DNA of 64,000 nucleotides from an uncultured Bacilli bacterium (GTDB lineage: Bacteria; Bacillota_I; Bacilli_A; RF39; UBA660), in contig CAKPDH010000001.1 in NCBI GenBank assembly GCA_934148845.1, forward strand, positions 22,586 to 86,585, written 5' to 3'. Position 1 is the first letter of the stretch. Each line of letters opens with the position of its first letter. This document shows, piece after piece, positions 50,273-59,396 of this stretch. The notes beneath the pieces are model-generated. The model was given only the letters and a program-made list of their open reading frames with translations. It did not search any database and had not been told where the DNA came from. Position numbers and translations under genes: made by a program.

Positions 50273-50409
50273 GGGAATTAGAAGATAAAAAATTAAACCT
50301 TGTTGTAGGTGGTGGATTTAATATTGGAATAGGTATAGGAATAGTAGCTGGAATTACTTTTTTAATAGGTGTAATTGACGGCATAGTAAGACCACTTAAA
50401 TGTAATTAG
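50269..50409 (+). CDS. Double-glycine-leader bacteriocin precursor A (46 aa; not in ORF track)
   Basis: Own translation: MRELEDKKLNLVVGG-GFNIGIGIGIVAGITFLIGVIDGIVRPLKCN. The ATG overlaps the upstream TGA (ATGA). Leader has hydrophobic residues at -4/-7/-12 and GG at -2/-1. Confidence 0.75.
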   Translation: MRELEDKKLNLVVGGGFNIGIGIGIVAGITFLIGVIDGIVRPLKCN

Positions 50410-50415
50410 GATTAT

Positions 50416-50583
50416 ATGAGAGAACTTAAGAATAACGAATTATATATGATCAAAGGTGGAGGGAGTATATCAGCAGCATTTTTAAACGGTATAGCTCGTT
50501 CTATATCGACAATTGTAGATTTAGGAAGAAGCCTTGGATCAGCAATAAGAAGACTAATAAATGGAACGCTTTGCCCAATTTAA
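50416..50583 (+). CDS. Double-glycine-leader bacteriocin precursor B (55 aa; not in ORF track)
   Basis: Own translation: MRELKNNELYMIKGG-GSISAAFLNGIARSISTIVDLGRSLGSAIRRLINGTLCPI. Leader fits LxxxELxxIxGG. It starts 7 nt after precursor A. Confidence 0.75.
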   Translation: MRELKNNELYMIKGGGSISAAFLNGIARSISTIVDLGRSLGSAIRRLINGTLCPI

Positions 50584-50599
50584 AACTAAAAAAATAGCT

Positions 50600-50740
50600 A
50601 TGTTAATACTATTAATAATATTAATTCCAATTATTTTACCAATATTAAATTATACTATGTCATTTTTATTTGAAATAGGAAGAATTATTGGTACATATAT
50701 TAGAATAATTGAAAGTGGGAGTATATGTATCATTGGTTAA
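50600..50740 (+). CDS. Small hydrophobic ORF (46 aa), candidate immunity protein (not in ORF track)
   Basis: Own translation: MLILLIILIPIILPILNYTMSFLFEIGRIIGTYIRIIESGSICIIG. It lies directly downstream of the two precursors. No obvious SD. Confidence 0.4.
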   Translation: MLILLIILIPIILPILNYTMSFLFEIGRIIGTYIRIIESGSICIIG

Positions 50741-50827
50741 TACTAATTTAAAATAAAAATAAAAATATAAAATCTTTCCTTTTTCTATCAAAATAACAAT
50801 AATTTCGACAAAATAGTAAACTTTTTC

Positions 50828-50856
50828 TTGTATAATTGAAAATTAGGTGTTATAAT
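50828..50856 (+). promoter_or_regulatory. Promoter for rpsU-yqeY (TTGTAT-17 nt-TGtTATAAT)
   Basis: -35 at 50828-50833, extended -10 TGTTATAAT ending at 50856. Confidence 0.55.
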
Positions 50857-50885
50857 ACTGATAGATTTGTGAAAGGAGGGATTAT

Positions 50886-51080
50886 ATGTCAAAGGTAGTT
50901 GTAAGAAATGGAAATGTTGATGGTGCACTTCGTACTTTAAAACAAACTAACGCAAGAGACGGCCTCCTAAAAAAAGCTAGAGAAAGACAAGAAGGTTATA
51001 AAAAGCCAGGAGTTAGACGTAGAGAAAAAAAAGAAGAAGGAATCAAGAACACTAGAAAAAGACAAAAAAATAATTATTAA
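50886..51080 (+). CDS. rpsU: 30S ribosomal protein S21
   Basis: MSKVVVRNGNVDGALRTLKQ...EGYKKPGVRRREKK. RBS AAAGGAGGG. Confidence 0.9.
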   Translation: MSKVVVRNGNVDGALRTLKQTNARDGLLKKARERQEGYKKPGVRRREKKEEGIKNTRKRQKNNY

Positions 51081-51120
51081 TTAAGAGCGGTAATTACGCT
51101 CTTTAATTATAGGAGGATTT

Positions 51121-51564
51121 ATGAAAGAAAAATTAATGAATGATCTTGTAAATGCAATGAAAAATAAGGATAAAGAAACACTTGCTGTTTTAAGAATGCT
51201 AAAAGGAGCCATTCAACTTGAAGAAATAAATAATAAACATGAATTAACAGATTCTGAGTTTATTAGTGTTTTAAGTAAACAAATAAAGATGAGAAAAGAA
51301 TCCATTTTAGAATTTACAAAAGCAGGAAGAGAAGATTTGTTAAATCAAACGCAAAATGAAATTGAAATTTTAAGTAAATATATGCCAGAGCAATTAAAAG
51401 AAGAAGAAGTTCTAAAAATAATTGATGAAGTATTTTTAGCTGTTAAGCCAGAAAGTAATAAAGATATGGGAAAAGTTATGGGGCTTATAACTCCTAAATT
51501 AAAAGGCAAAGCAGATATGAGTTTTGTATCAAAAATAATTAGAGAAAGACTAAGCAATATGTAG
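51121..51564 (+). CDS. yqeY: GatB/YqeY domain protein
   Basis: LKEKLMNDLVNAMKNKDK...LRMLKGAIQ...GKVMGLITPKLKGKADM. Conserved rpsU-yqeY pairing. Confidence 0.85.
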   Translation: MKEKLMNDLVNAMKNKDKETLAVLRMLKGAIQLEEINNKHELTDSEFISVLSKQIKMRKESILEFTKAGREDLLNQTQNEIEILSKYMPEQLKEEEVLKIIDEVFLAVKPESNKDMGKVMGLITPKLKGKADMSFVSKIIRERLSNM

Positions 51565-51654
51565 AAAAAATATTAATTTATTTTTTCTTTTTATTTATAA
51601 AAAACTATATTTATTTATTAATTTATGGTATTATAATTACGTTGAGGTGAAAAA

Positions 51655-53124
51655 ATGAGGGAATTAACAGAACAAGAATTAGTTAGAAGACAAAAACTAG
51701 AAGAAATAAAGAATTATACTAATCCATATCCTGAAAAATTTGAAGTTACAAATACGTTATTACAAGCAAGAAATTTAGATGATGGAACACAAGATGTAAA
51801 AATTGCTGGACGTATTGTATTTATGAGAAAAATGGGTAAGTTAAGCTTTATGCGATTAAGAGACTTAGAGGCAGATATACAAGTTCAATTAAAAGCAGAT
51901 ATAACAAGTGAAAGTGATTATGATTTCTTTAAAAAGTTAGTAGACTTAGGAGATTTTATAGGAGCAACTGGAGAAATTATTACAACACAAACAGGCGAAA
52001 AAACATTGCTTGCTCATTCAATTAAATTTTTAGGTAAAGCATTAAAACCACTTCCAGAAAAATTTCACGGATTAAGTGATACTGAATTAAAATATCGTCA
52101 AAGGTATGTAGATTTAATATCAAATGAAGAGTCTAGAAAAGTATTTTTAGGTAGAAGTAAATTTTATGCGTTTCTTCATAAATTTTTAGGTGAAAATGGA
52201 TTTTTAGAAGTTGAGACTCCAATTATGCAAAATGCAGTATGTGGTGCGGCAGCACGACCATTTTATACACACCATAATGCACTTGATATGGATTTCAATT
52301 TAAGAATAGCTCCTGAAACATATTTAAAACAATGTATAGCGGGAGGATTTAATAAAGTTTATGAAGTTGCTAAATGCTTTAGAAATGAAGGAATGGATAC
52401 AGAGCATTTACAAGAATTTACTCAAGTAGAATGGTATGCTTCATATTGGAATTTTGAAGATAATATAAACTTTTATCAAAAATTTATTAAATCATTATTA
52501 CTAGAATTAGTTGGTACTACAACATTAGAATATAAAGGTAATACATTAGATTTTGGAAAAAAGAGCTGGGATAGAATTAACTATGTTGAAAGAATGAGAG
52601 AAATATTAGGATTTGATTTCTTAGACATTGAAGATCCATTAGATCTTAAAAATAAAATCGTTTTAAAAGGACTATTTACTTTAGAAGATTTAGAAGAGTA
52701 TAAATCAGTTAGTCAGATTATAGATTTTGTTTATAAAAAAACAATAAGAGAAAATATTATTCAGCCAACTATTATGTATAATTATCCAGCCTTCTTAATA
52801 CCACTTGCGCGTCGTAATGATAAAGATAGTAGAATTATAGATGTATTCCAAGTAGTAGCTTGTGGCACTGAACTTTGCAAGGCTTATTCAGAATTAGTAA
52901 ATCCAATTATTCAAAGGGAAAACTTTGAGGATCAATTAAAAGCAAAAGAACAAGGTGATGAAGAAACAATGGAAATCGATGAAGGATTTATGGGAGCTAT
53001 GGAACAAGGTATGCCTCCAATATCTGGACTTGGTTTTGGAATAGATAGATTAATGATGATAATATACAATCAAGCATCTATAAGAGATGTAGTATTATTC
53101 CCAATGATGAAAGATAAAAATTAA
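51655..53124 (+). CDS. lysS: Lysine--tRNA ligase (class II), with divergent motif-2 loop
   Basis: N-terminal ELTEQELVRRQKLEEIK...NPYPEKFE, OB-fold, LPEKFHGLSDTELKYRQRYVDL, ARPFYTHHNALDM, CFRNEG, MEQGMPPISGLGFGIDRLMM. Confidence 0.8.
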   Translation: MRELTEQELVRRQKLEEIKNYTNPYPEKFEVTNTLLQARNLDDGTQDVKIAGRIVFMRKMGKLSFMRLRDLEADIQVQLKADITSESDYDFFKKLVDLGDFIGATGEIITTQTGEKTLLAHSIKFLGKALKPLPEKFHGLSDTELKYRQRYVDLISNEESRKVFLGRSKFYAFLHKFLGENGFLEVETPIMQNAVCGAAARPFYTHHNALDMDFNLRIAPETYLKQCIAGGFNKVYEVAKCFRNEGMDTEHLQEFTQVEWYASYWNFEDNINFYQKFIKSLLLELVGTTTLEYKGNTLDFGKKSWDRINYVERMREILGFDFLDIEDPLDLKNKIVLKGLFTLEDLEEYKSVSQIIDFVYKKTIRENIIQPTIMYNYPAFLIPLARRNDKDSRIIDVFQVVACGTELCKAYSELVNPIIQRENFEDQLKAKEQGDEETMEIDEGFMGAMEQGMPPISGLGFGIDRLMMIIYNQASIRDVVLFPMMKDKN

Positions 53125-53657
53125 TGAATTTATATGTTGTAAGACATGGACAAACTCTTTGGAATGAAGAAGGCAAAGTACAAGGAACTATAGATATACC
53201 TCTTTCACTTTCAGGTGAGGAAAGTATTAGAGAGCTAAAACCTATAGTAGCTAGTTTAAATATAGATGAAGTTATTTCAAGTCCACTTATAAGAGCATAT
53301 GAAACGGCTCGTATAATAGCAGATAACAAATTTAAAATAGAAATTGATGATAGAATAAAAGAAAGAGATTGGGGACTAAATGAAGGGCTTAATGTTAACC
53401 TTGTAGATAGAAAAAAGTGTTGGAACATAAGAATAAATACAAATGATAATAATATAGAACCTGTAGTGGATTTTATGAATAGAGTGTCTAGTTTTATTGA
53501 GGATATAAAAGTCAAATATAAAGATAAAAATGTTTTAGTTGTAACTCACAGCGCAGTTAGTAGAGCAATTCATTATTTGTTAGGTAATATACCAGAAGAT
53601 ATGGATTTATCAAAAATAAATATACCTGATTTAAGAATAATAGAATATAAATTATAA
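53124..53657 (+). CDS. Histidine phosphatase (phosphoglycerate mutase superfamily) protein
   Basis: LYVVRHGQTLWNEEGKVQG (RHG motif) and VVTHSAV (second His). Confidence 0.8.
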   Translation: MNLYVVRHGQTLWNEEGKVQGTIDIPLSLSGEESIRELKPIVASLNIDEVISSPLIRAYETARIIADNKFKIEIDDRIKERDWGLNEGLNVNLVDRKKCWNIRINTNDNNIEPVVDFMNRVSSFIEDIKVKYKDKNVLVVTHSAVSRAIHYLLGNIPEDMDLSKINIPDLRIIEYKL

Positions 53658-53668
53658 AGGAGAGTATT

Positions 53669-54880
53669 ATGAAAATATTATGTGTTAATGCTGGATCATC
53701 ATCATTAAAATTTCAAATGTATGATATGCCAGATGAAAAAGTTTTAATTAGTGGTTATATAGAAAAAATAGGAAGCCAAGATTGCTTTTGGAATGTTAAA
53801 GTAAATGGTGAAAAAATAAGAAGTGAAAAATATTTAAAGAATCATACTGAAGCAGTAGAAGTCTTAATAGATGAATTATTTAAAAATAATATAGTTGAAT
53901 CATTAGATGAAATAAAAGCTGTTGGTCATCGTGTTTTACACGGTGGTGAGAAATATTCTGATTCAGTTCTTATAACTGATGAGGTAGTTAAAGATATAAA
54001 AGATTTAACTAAACTAGGTCCACTTCACCATCCTGGTAATTTAGCTGGAATCAAAGCTCTAAGGGAAGCTTTACCTAATGTACCAAATGTTGCAGTATTT
54101 GATACAGCTTTCCATCAAACAATGCCAAAACAAAATTATATATATCCAGTACCTTATGAATGGTATACTAAATATGGAGTTAGAAAATATGGATTTCATG
54201 GAACAAGTCATAAATATATAACTGGTGAAATGAAAAAACGTTTGGGTAAAGAAGATATAAATTTAATTATTTGTCATGTAGGTAGTGGGGCTAGTATAGC
54301 TTGTATTAAAGATGGAAAATGCTATGATACAACAATGGGACTTACACCTCTTGATGGATTAATGATGGGAACTCGTTCTGGTTCTATAGATCCTTCTATA
54401 TTAGAATATGTAATGAATGAATCAGGTAAGTCAATAGAAGAGATAACAAATGATTTAAATAAAAATAGTGGTTTAAAAGGTATAGCTGGTGTTGCTGATT
54501 GTCGTGATGTTGAAAAACTTGCGGAAGAAGATAATGATAATGCACTTCTTGCAATACAAATGTATACAGACAGAATAGCTAAATATATAGTTTCATATTA
54601 TCTTGAATTAAAAGGTGATGTAGATTCTATAGTATTTACAGCTGGTGTACTTGAAAATGGATCATATATGAGAAGACTTATAATAGAAAAATTATCTCCA
54701 TTAGGTATTACTTTAAATGAAGATATTAATAGTAAAATAGCTTCATTTAAAGATATTCACGAAGGTATAATAAGTGGTGCTGATTCTAAAATTAATGTAA
54801 TGGTATTACCTACAAATGAAGAAATTATGATAGTTAAAGATGCATTTAATATCGCACTTCATACAGAAGATAATAAGTAG
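53669..54880 (+). CDS. ackA: Acetate kinase
   Basis: ILCVNAGSSSLKFQ, GHRVLHGGE, AFDTAFHQTMP, YGFHGTSH, ICHVGSGASI, TMGLTPLDGLMMGTRSG. Confidence 0.95.
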   Translation: MKILCVNAGSSSLKFQMYDMPDEKVLISGYIEKIGSQDCFWNVKVNGEKIRSEKYLKNHTEAVEVLIDELFKNNIVESLDEIKAVGHRVLHGGEKYSDSVLITDEVVKDIKDLTKLGPLHHPGNLAGIKALREALPNVPNVAVFDTAFHQTMPKQNYIYPVPYEWYTKYGVRKYGFHGTSHKYITGEMKKRLGKEDINLIICHVGSGASIACIKDGKCYDTTMGLTPLDGLMMGTRSGSIDPSILEYVMNESGKSIEEITNDLNKNSGLKGIAGVADCRDVEKLAEEDNDNALLAIQMYTDRIAKYIVSYYLELKGDVDSIVFTAGVLENGSYMRRLIIEKLSPLGITLNEDINSKIASFKDIHEGIISGADSKINVMVLPTNEEIMIVKDAFNIALHTEDNK

Positions 54881-54965
54881 TAGTTATAAATAGGCTAAAG
54901 AGATGAATTATCTCTTTTTTCTTTCTTAAAAATAGTGTATAATTAAATTGTATTGTAGGTGAGTT

Positions 54966-55928
54966 ATGAATAAATTTAAACAAATATATAAAAAAATAAA
55001 AAAATATGATACTATTGTCATCGCACGTCATATAGGTGCAGATCCAGATGCACTTGGAAGTACATTAGGGCTTAAAGAATCAATAAAAGAAACTTTTAAA
55101 AATAAAAAGGTATATGTAGTTGGTGCCCCTGCATCCAAACATAAATATATAGGTACTCTTGATAAATTTACAGACGAGTTATATGATAATTCATTATTAA
55201 TAGTACTTGATACGCCTGATATTAAAAGAATAGATGGAGTAGATGTAAGTAAGTTTTCTTTTGTAATAAAAATAGATCATCATCCATTTATAGAGAAGTA
55301 TGCTTCAATAGAACTTATTGATACTAAGTCATCTAGTGCATCACAGCTTGTAATAGAGCTTATAAAAAATACTAAATTAAAATTAAATAAGTCTTGTGCT
55401 GAAAAGCTTTATATAGGAGTTATAGGGGATACTAATAGATTTTTATATTATTATACAACTCCTAAAACATTTGATTTAGTATCCTACATGATTAAAAAAA
55501 CTAATATAGATTTTACTAGTTTATATGAAAATATGTATTTAAGAAGTTTACATGATTTAAGATTTCAAAGCTATATAATAGATAATATTACTCTTACAGA
55601 GAATGGATTTGGATATATAAAAATAGATCAAGATATACTAGATCATTATAAAATAGATGCAGCAACTTCATCTAATATGGTAAATTTTTTAACATATATA
55701 GAAGATATGTATGCCTGGGCTATATTTACTTATGATAAATTAAATGATAATATAAGAGGCTCTATTAGATCAAGAGGACCTATTATTAATGAAGTAGCAA
55801 GTAATTATAATGGTGGTGGCCATATATATGCATCAGGTGTTAGAGTAGATAATTTTGATACTATAGATAGCCTTATAACTGATTTAGATAAAGTATGCAT
55901 GGAATATAAAGATAATAATAATTTATAG
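54966..55928 (+). CDS. nrnA: DHH-family oligoribonuclease / pAp phosphatase
   Basis: ARHIGADPDALGS, IDHHPF, DTNRF, GGGHIYASG motifs. Confidence 0.8.
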   Translation: MNKFKQIYKKIKKYDTIVIARHIGADPDALGSTLGLKESIKETFKNKKVYVVGAPASKHKYIGTLDKFTDELYDNSLLIVLDTPDIKRIDGVDVSKFSFVIKIDHHPFIEKYASIELIDTKSSSASQLVIELIKNTKLKLNKSCAEKLYIGVIGDTNRFLYYYTTPKTFDLVSYMIKKTNIDFTSLYENMYLRSLHDLRFQSYIIDNITLTENGFGYIKIDQDILDHYKIDAATSSNMVNFLTYIEDMYAWAIFTYDKLNDNIRGSIRSRGPIINEVASNYNGGGHIYASGVRVDNFDTIDSLITDLDKVCMEYKDNNNL

Positions 55929-55935
55929 GAGAATT

Positions 55936-57114
55936 ATGAAAAAGACAATAAAAGATTTTAATTTAAATAATAAGAAAGTAATAATAAGGGTAGATTTTAA
56001 TGTACCTATTAAAGATAATAAAATAGTTGATGATAATAGAATTTTAGCTAGTATAAAAACTATTAAATATGCTATTAGTAATAATGCTAAAGTAATTCTT
56101 ATGAGTCATTTAGGAAGAATAAAGAGTGTTGAAGATGAAAAAGCTAATTCACTTAAAATAGTTGTCCCTAGACTTAGTGAGCTATTAAATAAAGATGTTA
56201 TATTTTCATCTTCAACAAGAGGATCTATTTTAGAAGATAAAATATCAAAGTTAAATCCAGGTGATGTATTATTAATGGAAAATACTAGATATGAAGATTT
56301 AGATTTAAATCTTGAGTCTGGTAATGATAAGGATTTAGGTAAATATTGGGCATCTTTAGGAGATATATTTATAAATGATGCTTTTGGTACATCTCATAGA
56401 TCTCATGCATCTAATGTAGGTATTGCAACTAATTTACCTAGTGGTATAGGTTTTCTAATTGAGGAAGAATTATCTAAATTATCACTTGCACTTAATAATC
56501 CAAAAAGACCATATGCTTTAATACTCGGTGGTGCTAAAGTAAAGGATAAAATAGGTGTAATTAAAAATTTAGTAAATATTTGTGATTATATACTAATAGG
56601 TGGTGGTATGGCTTATACATTTTTAAAGGCAAAGGGAGAATGTATAGGATTATCTATGTTAGATGAAAGTTCAATTCCTTTTTGTACTCTTATGCTTAAA
56701 GAATATAAAGATAAAATAATCCTACCAGTAGATTCTTTAGTTAGTGAAAGTGTAGATGGTGATACTTATTTAAAGAAAAATCACGATTTTTCTTCTTATG
56801 ATATAGGGTATGATATAGGTATTAAAACTATAGAAAAATATATGGAAATATTAAGTAAATGTGATACAATAGTATGGAATGGACCTATGGGCATGTTTGA
56901 AAATTCAAAATATGCAAATGGTACAAAAAAACTTTTAGATTATTTAAGTAAACTAAAAAAAACAGTAATAATAGGTGGTGGAGATACTGCTAGTGCAGCC
57001 ATTAATTTTGGATATAAAGATTCGTTTACACATATATCAACAGGAGGTGGAGCATCATTAGAACTATTGGAGGGAAAAAAACTTCCTGGAATAGATATAA
57101 TTGATGATAAATAA
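55936..57114 (+). CDS. pgk: Phosphoglycerate kinase
   Basis: VIIRVDFNVP, DDNRI, MSHLGR, NDAFGTSHR, LGGAKVKDKI, STGGGASLELLEGK. Confidence 0.95.
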   Translation: MKKTIKDFNLNNKKVIIRVDFNVPIKDNKIVDDNRILASIKTIKYAISNNAKVILMSHLGRIKSVEDEKANSLKIVVPRLSELLNKDVIFSSSTRGSILEDKISKLNPGDVLLMENTRYEDLDLNLESGNDKDLGKYWASLGDIFINDAFGTSHRSHASNVGIATNLPSGIGFLIEEELSKLSLALNNPKRPYALILGGAKVKDKIGVIKNLVNICDYILIGGGMAYTFLKAKGECIGLSMLDESSIPFCTLMLKEYKDKIILPVDSLVSESVDGDTYLKKNHDFSSYDIGYDIGIKTIEKYMEILSKCDTIVWNGPMGMFENSKYANGTKKLLDYLSKLKKTVIIGGGDTASAAINFGYKDSFTHISTGGGASLELLEGKKLPGIDIIDDK

Positions 57115-57115
57115 T

Positions 57116-58120
57116 ATGAAAAAGAAAATATTAAATTATGTATTATTAGCTTTAGTAACAGCGCTTGTATTATATTTTTCATTAAAAGATAATTATAGGG
57201 AAATAATAAGTCAAATATTAACTATGAATATATGGTATTTATTATTAGCTTTTATATTACTTATTATTTTTTGGTTATTTAGAACATATCCTATGTATTC
57301 ATTTTGTAAAAAGATAAATAAAACATTTAAATATAGTGATGCATTTTTATTAACTTTACGTACACAATTTTTTAATGCTGTAACACCTTTTGCAACAGGC
57401 GGACAGCCATATCAAATATATTATATTAAAAAGTGTGGACTTAATTATGCTGAATCTACAAGTGTAGTACTTGAAAATTTTATAGTATATCAAATAGCTT
57501 TAGTATTACTAGGATTAATATCTTTATTTACTAATAAAATATTTCATATATTTAAAAATGTTTTATTATTACAGAAGCTTATAGCGCTTGGATTTATTAT
57601 TAATACACTTGTAATAGTTGTAATGTTTATTGTAGCTTTTTCTAAATCAATGAATAAAAAATTAATAAATTTTCAAATAAATTTATTAAGTAAGCTACAC
57701 TTAGTAAAAAATAGGGAAGAAACTTTAGAAAAATGGGATACTAATATAAATAATTTTCATAAGAGCGCTAAAATATTACTTAAAAATAAAAAATCATTTA
57801 TCATAAATATATTGTGTAATTTAGTTGCTCTTTCAAGTTTATATCTAATTCCACTTTTCATACTATATGCAATGGGTGATTTTAAAAGTGTTCAAGGACT
57901 TATTAGTATAGTTACAAGTGCATATATAATGATTATAGGCTCATTTGTACCTATCCCAGGAGCAACAGGTGGACTTGAATATGGATTTTTACAATTTTAT
58001 GGTAACTTTGTTAGTGGAAGTAAACTTAAAGCACTTATGCTAGTATGGAGATTTATAACTTATTATTTTGGTATGATAATAGGAGCTATAGCGCTTAATA
58101 TAAAGAGGGTGAAAAAATGA
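57116..58120 (+). CDS. UPF0104 / lysylphosphatidylglycerol-synthase-TM-region (flippase-like) family membrane protein
   Basis: About 8 TM. TPFATGGQPYQIYY and PIPGATGGLEYGF are characteristic of this family. Precedes a glycolipid GT4 gene. Confidence 0.6.
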   Translation: MKKKILNYVLLALVTALVLYFSLKDNYREIISQILTMNIWYLLLAFILLIIFWLFRTYPMYSFCKKINKTFKYSDAFLLTLRTQFFNAVTPFATGGQPYQIYYIKKCGLNYAESTSVVLENFIVYQIALVLLGLISLFTNKIFHIFKNVLLLQKLIALGFIINTLVIVVMFIVAFSKSMNKKLINFQINLLSKLHLVKNREETLEKWDTNINNFHKSAKILLKNKKSFIINILCNLVALSSLYLIPLFILYAMGDFKSVQGLISIVTSAYIMIIGSFVPIPGATGGLEYGFLQFYGNFVSGSKLKALMLVWRFITYYFGMIIGAIALNIKRVKK

Positions 58121-59355
58121 GAATAGGTATATTTACAGATACTTATCCTCCATATATAAATGGGGTTTCAACAAGTATTAAGATGCTTGAAAATGCTTTA
58201 AAGAAAAAAGGACATAAAGTTTTTATAGTAACAGTAAATCCAGAAGGCATGAATTATAGCTTTGAAAATAATGGCACATTAATAAGAATACCTGGTATAA
58301 AGACAGGAATATATGATTATAGATTGACTACAATATATCCAATAAGGGCAGTAAACAAAATAAAAGAATGGAATCTTGATATTATACATTCTCATACAGA
58401 ATTTGGTATAGGAACATTTGCCCGTGTTATAAGTAAACAATTCGATATACCAATAGTGCACACATATCATACAATGTATGAAGACTATGTACACTATATA
58501 ACTAAAGGATATTTTGATGGTGCTAGTAAAAAAATAGTAGAATATTTAACAAAATTTTATTGTGATAAAACAATAGAGGAGTTAATTGTACCAACTAAAA
58601 AGACATATGATTTATTTAAAAACAAGTATAAATATGATAGAAATGTACATATAATTCCAACAGGTATTGAAATAGAAAGATTTTATAAAGAAAAAATTAA
58701 CTTAGATAAAGTAAAAGAACTAAAAGAAAAACTTAAAATCAAAGATAGTGATGTAGTGATTCTTTTTGTAGGAAGAATTGCAGAAGAAAAGAGTATAGAT
58801 TTTTTAATAAATAATCATCCAAATATATTAAAATCAAATAAAAATGCAAAATTATTAATAGTAGGTGATGGTCCAGATTTAGAAAAATATAAAGAATTAG
58901 CTAAGAAAAATAAGATAAGTGATTATGTAATATTTACAGGGAAAGTTCCTTGGAATGAAGTACCTTTATATTACAATATAGCCTCTATTTTTACAACAGC
59001 GTCTCATACAGAAACTCAAGGACTTACTGTAATAGAAGCTATGGCATCTTCACTTCCTGTTGTAGCTCTTTTTGATGAAAGTTTTAGAAATGTTGTTGTT
59101 GAAACACTTACAGGCTATTTATTTAAAAATAAAAAAGAATATATAAAACAAATGATTGAACTTGTAAATAATAAGGAAAAGCGTATAAATATGGGTAATC
59201 AAGCACGTATTAACTCAGAGTCATATTCATCAAAATATTTTGCTGAAAGAGTTCTTGATGTATATAAATTGGCTCTTAAAGATAGACCATTAAAAAAAGA
59301 TAAAAGATTTTTTACTCGATTAAAAAATGCAGTAATAAAAGGATTTAAAAAATAG
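58117..59355 (+). CDS. GT4 glycosyltransferase, diacylglycerol glucosyltransferase-like (alMGS/CpoA-type)
   Basis: MRIGIFTDTYPPYINGVSTSI N-terminus. ETQGLTVIEAMASSLPVVA (EX7E region). Confidence 0.75.
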   Translation: MRIGIFTDTYPPYINGVSTSIKMLENALKKKGHKVFIVTVNPEGMNYSFENNGTLIRIPGIKTGIYDYRLTTIYPIRAVNKIKEWNLDIIHSHTEFGIGTFARVISKQFDIPIVHTYHTMYEDYVHYITKGYFDGASKKIVEYLTKFYCDKTIEELIVPTKKTYDLFKNKYKYDRNVHIIPTGIEIERFYKEKINLDKVKELKEKLKIKDSDVVILFVGRIAEEKSIDFLINNHPNILKSNKNAKLLIVGDGPDLEKYKELAKKNKISDYVIFTGKVPWNEVPLYYNIASIFTTASHTETQGLTVIEAMASSLPVVALFDESFRNVVVETLTGYLFKNKKEYIKQMIELVNNKEKRINMGNQARINSESYSSKYFAERVLDVYKLALKDRPLKKDKRFFTRLKNAVIKGFKK

Positions 59356-59396
59356 AAAAATGTAAAAAAACGTAAAAAAATATTGTTTAAACAATA

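Noticed and set aside
50804-50810. Perfect 0A-box complement TTCGACA upstream of the rpsU promoter.
   Set aside because: A single heptamer in very AT-rich DNA can easily occur by chance, and there is no phased partner as at spo0A.
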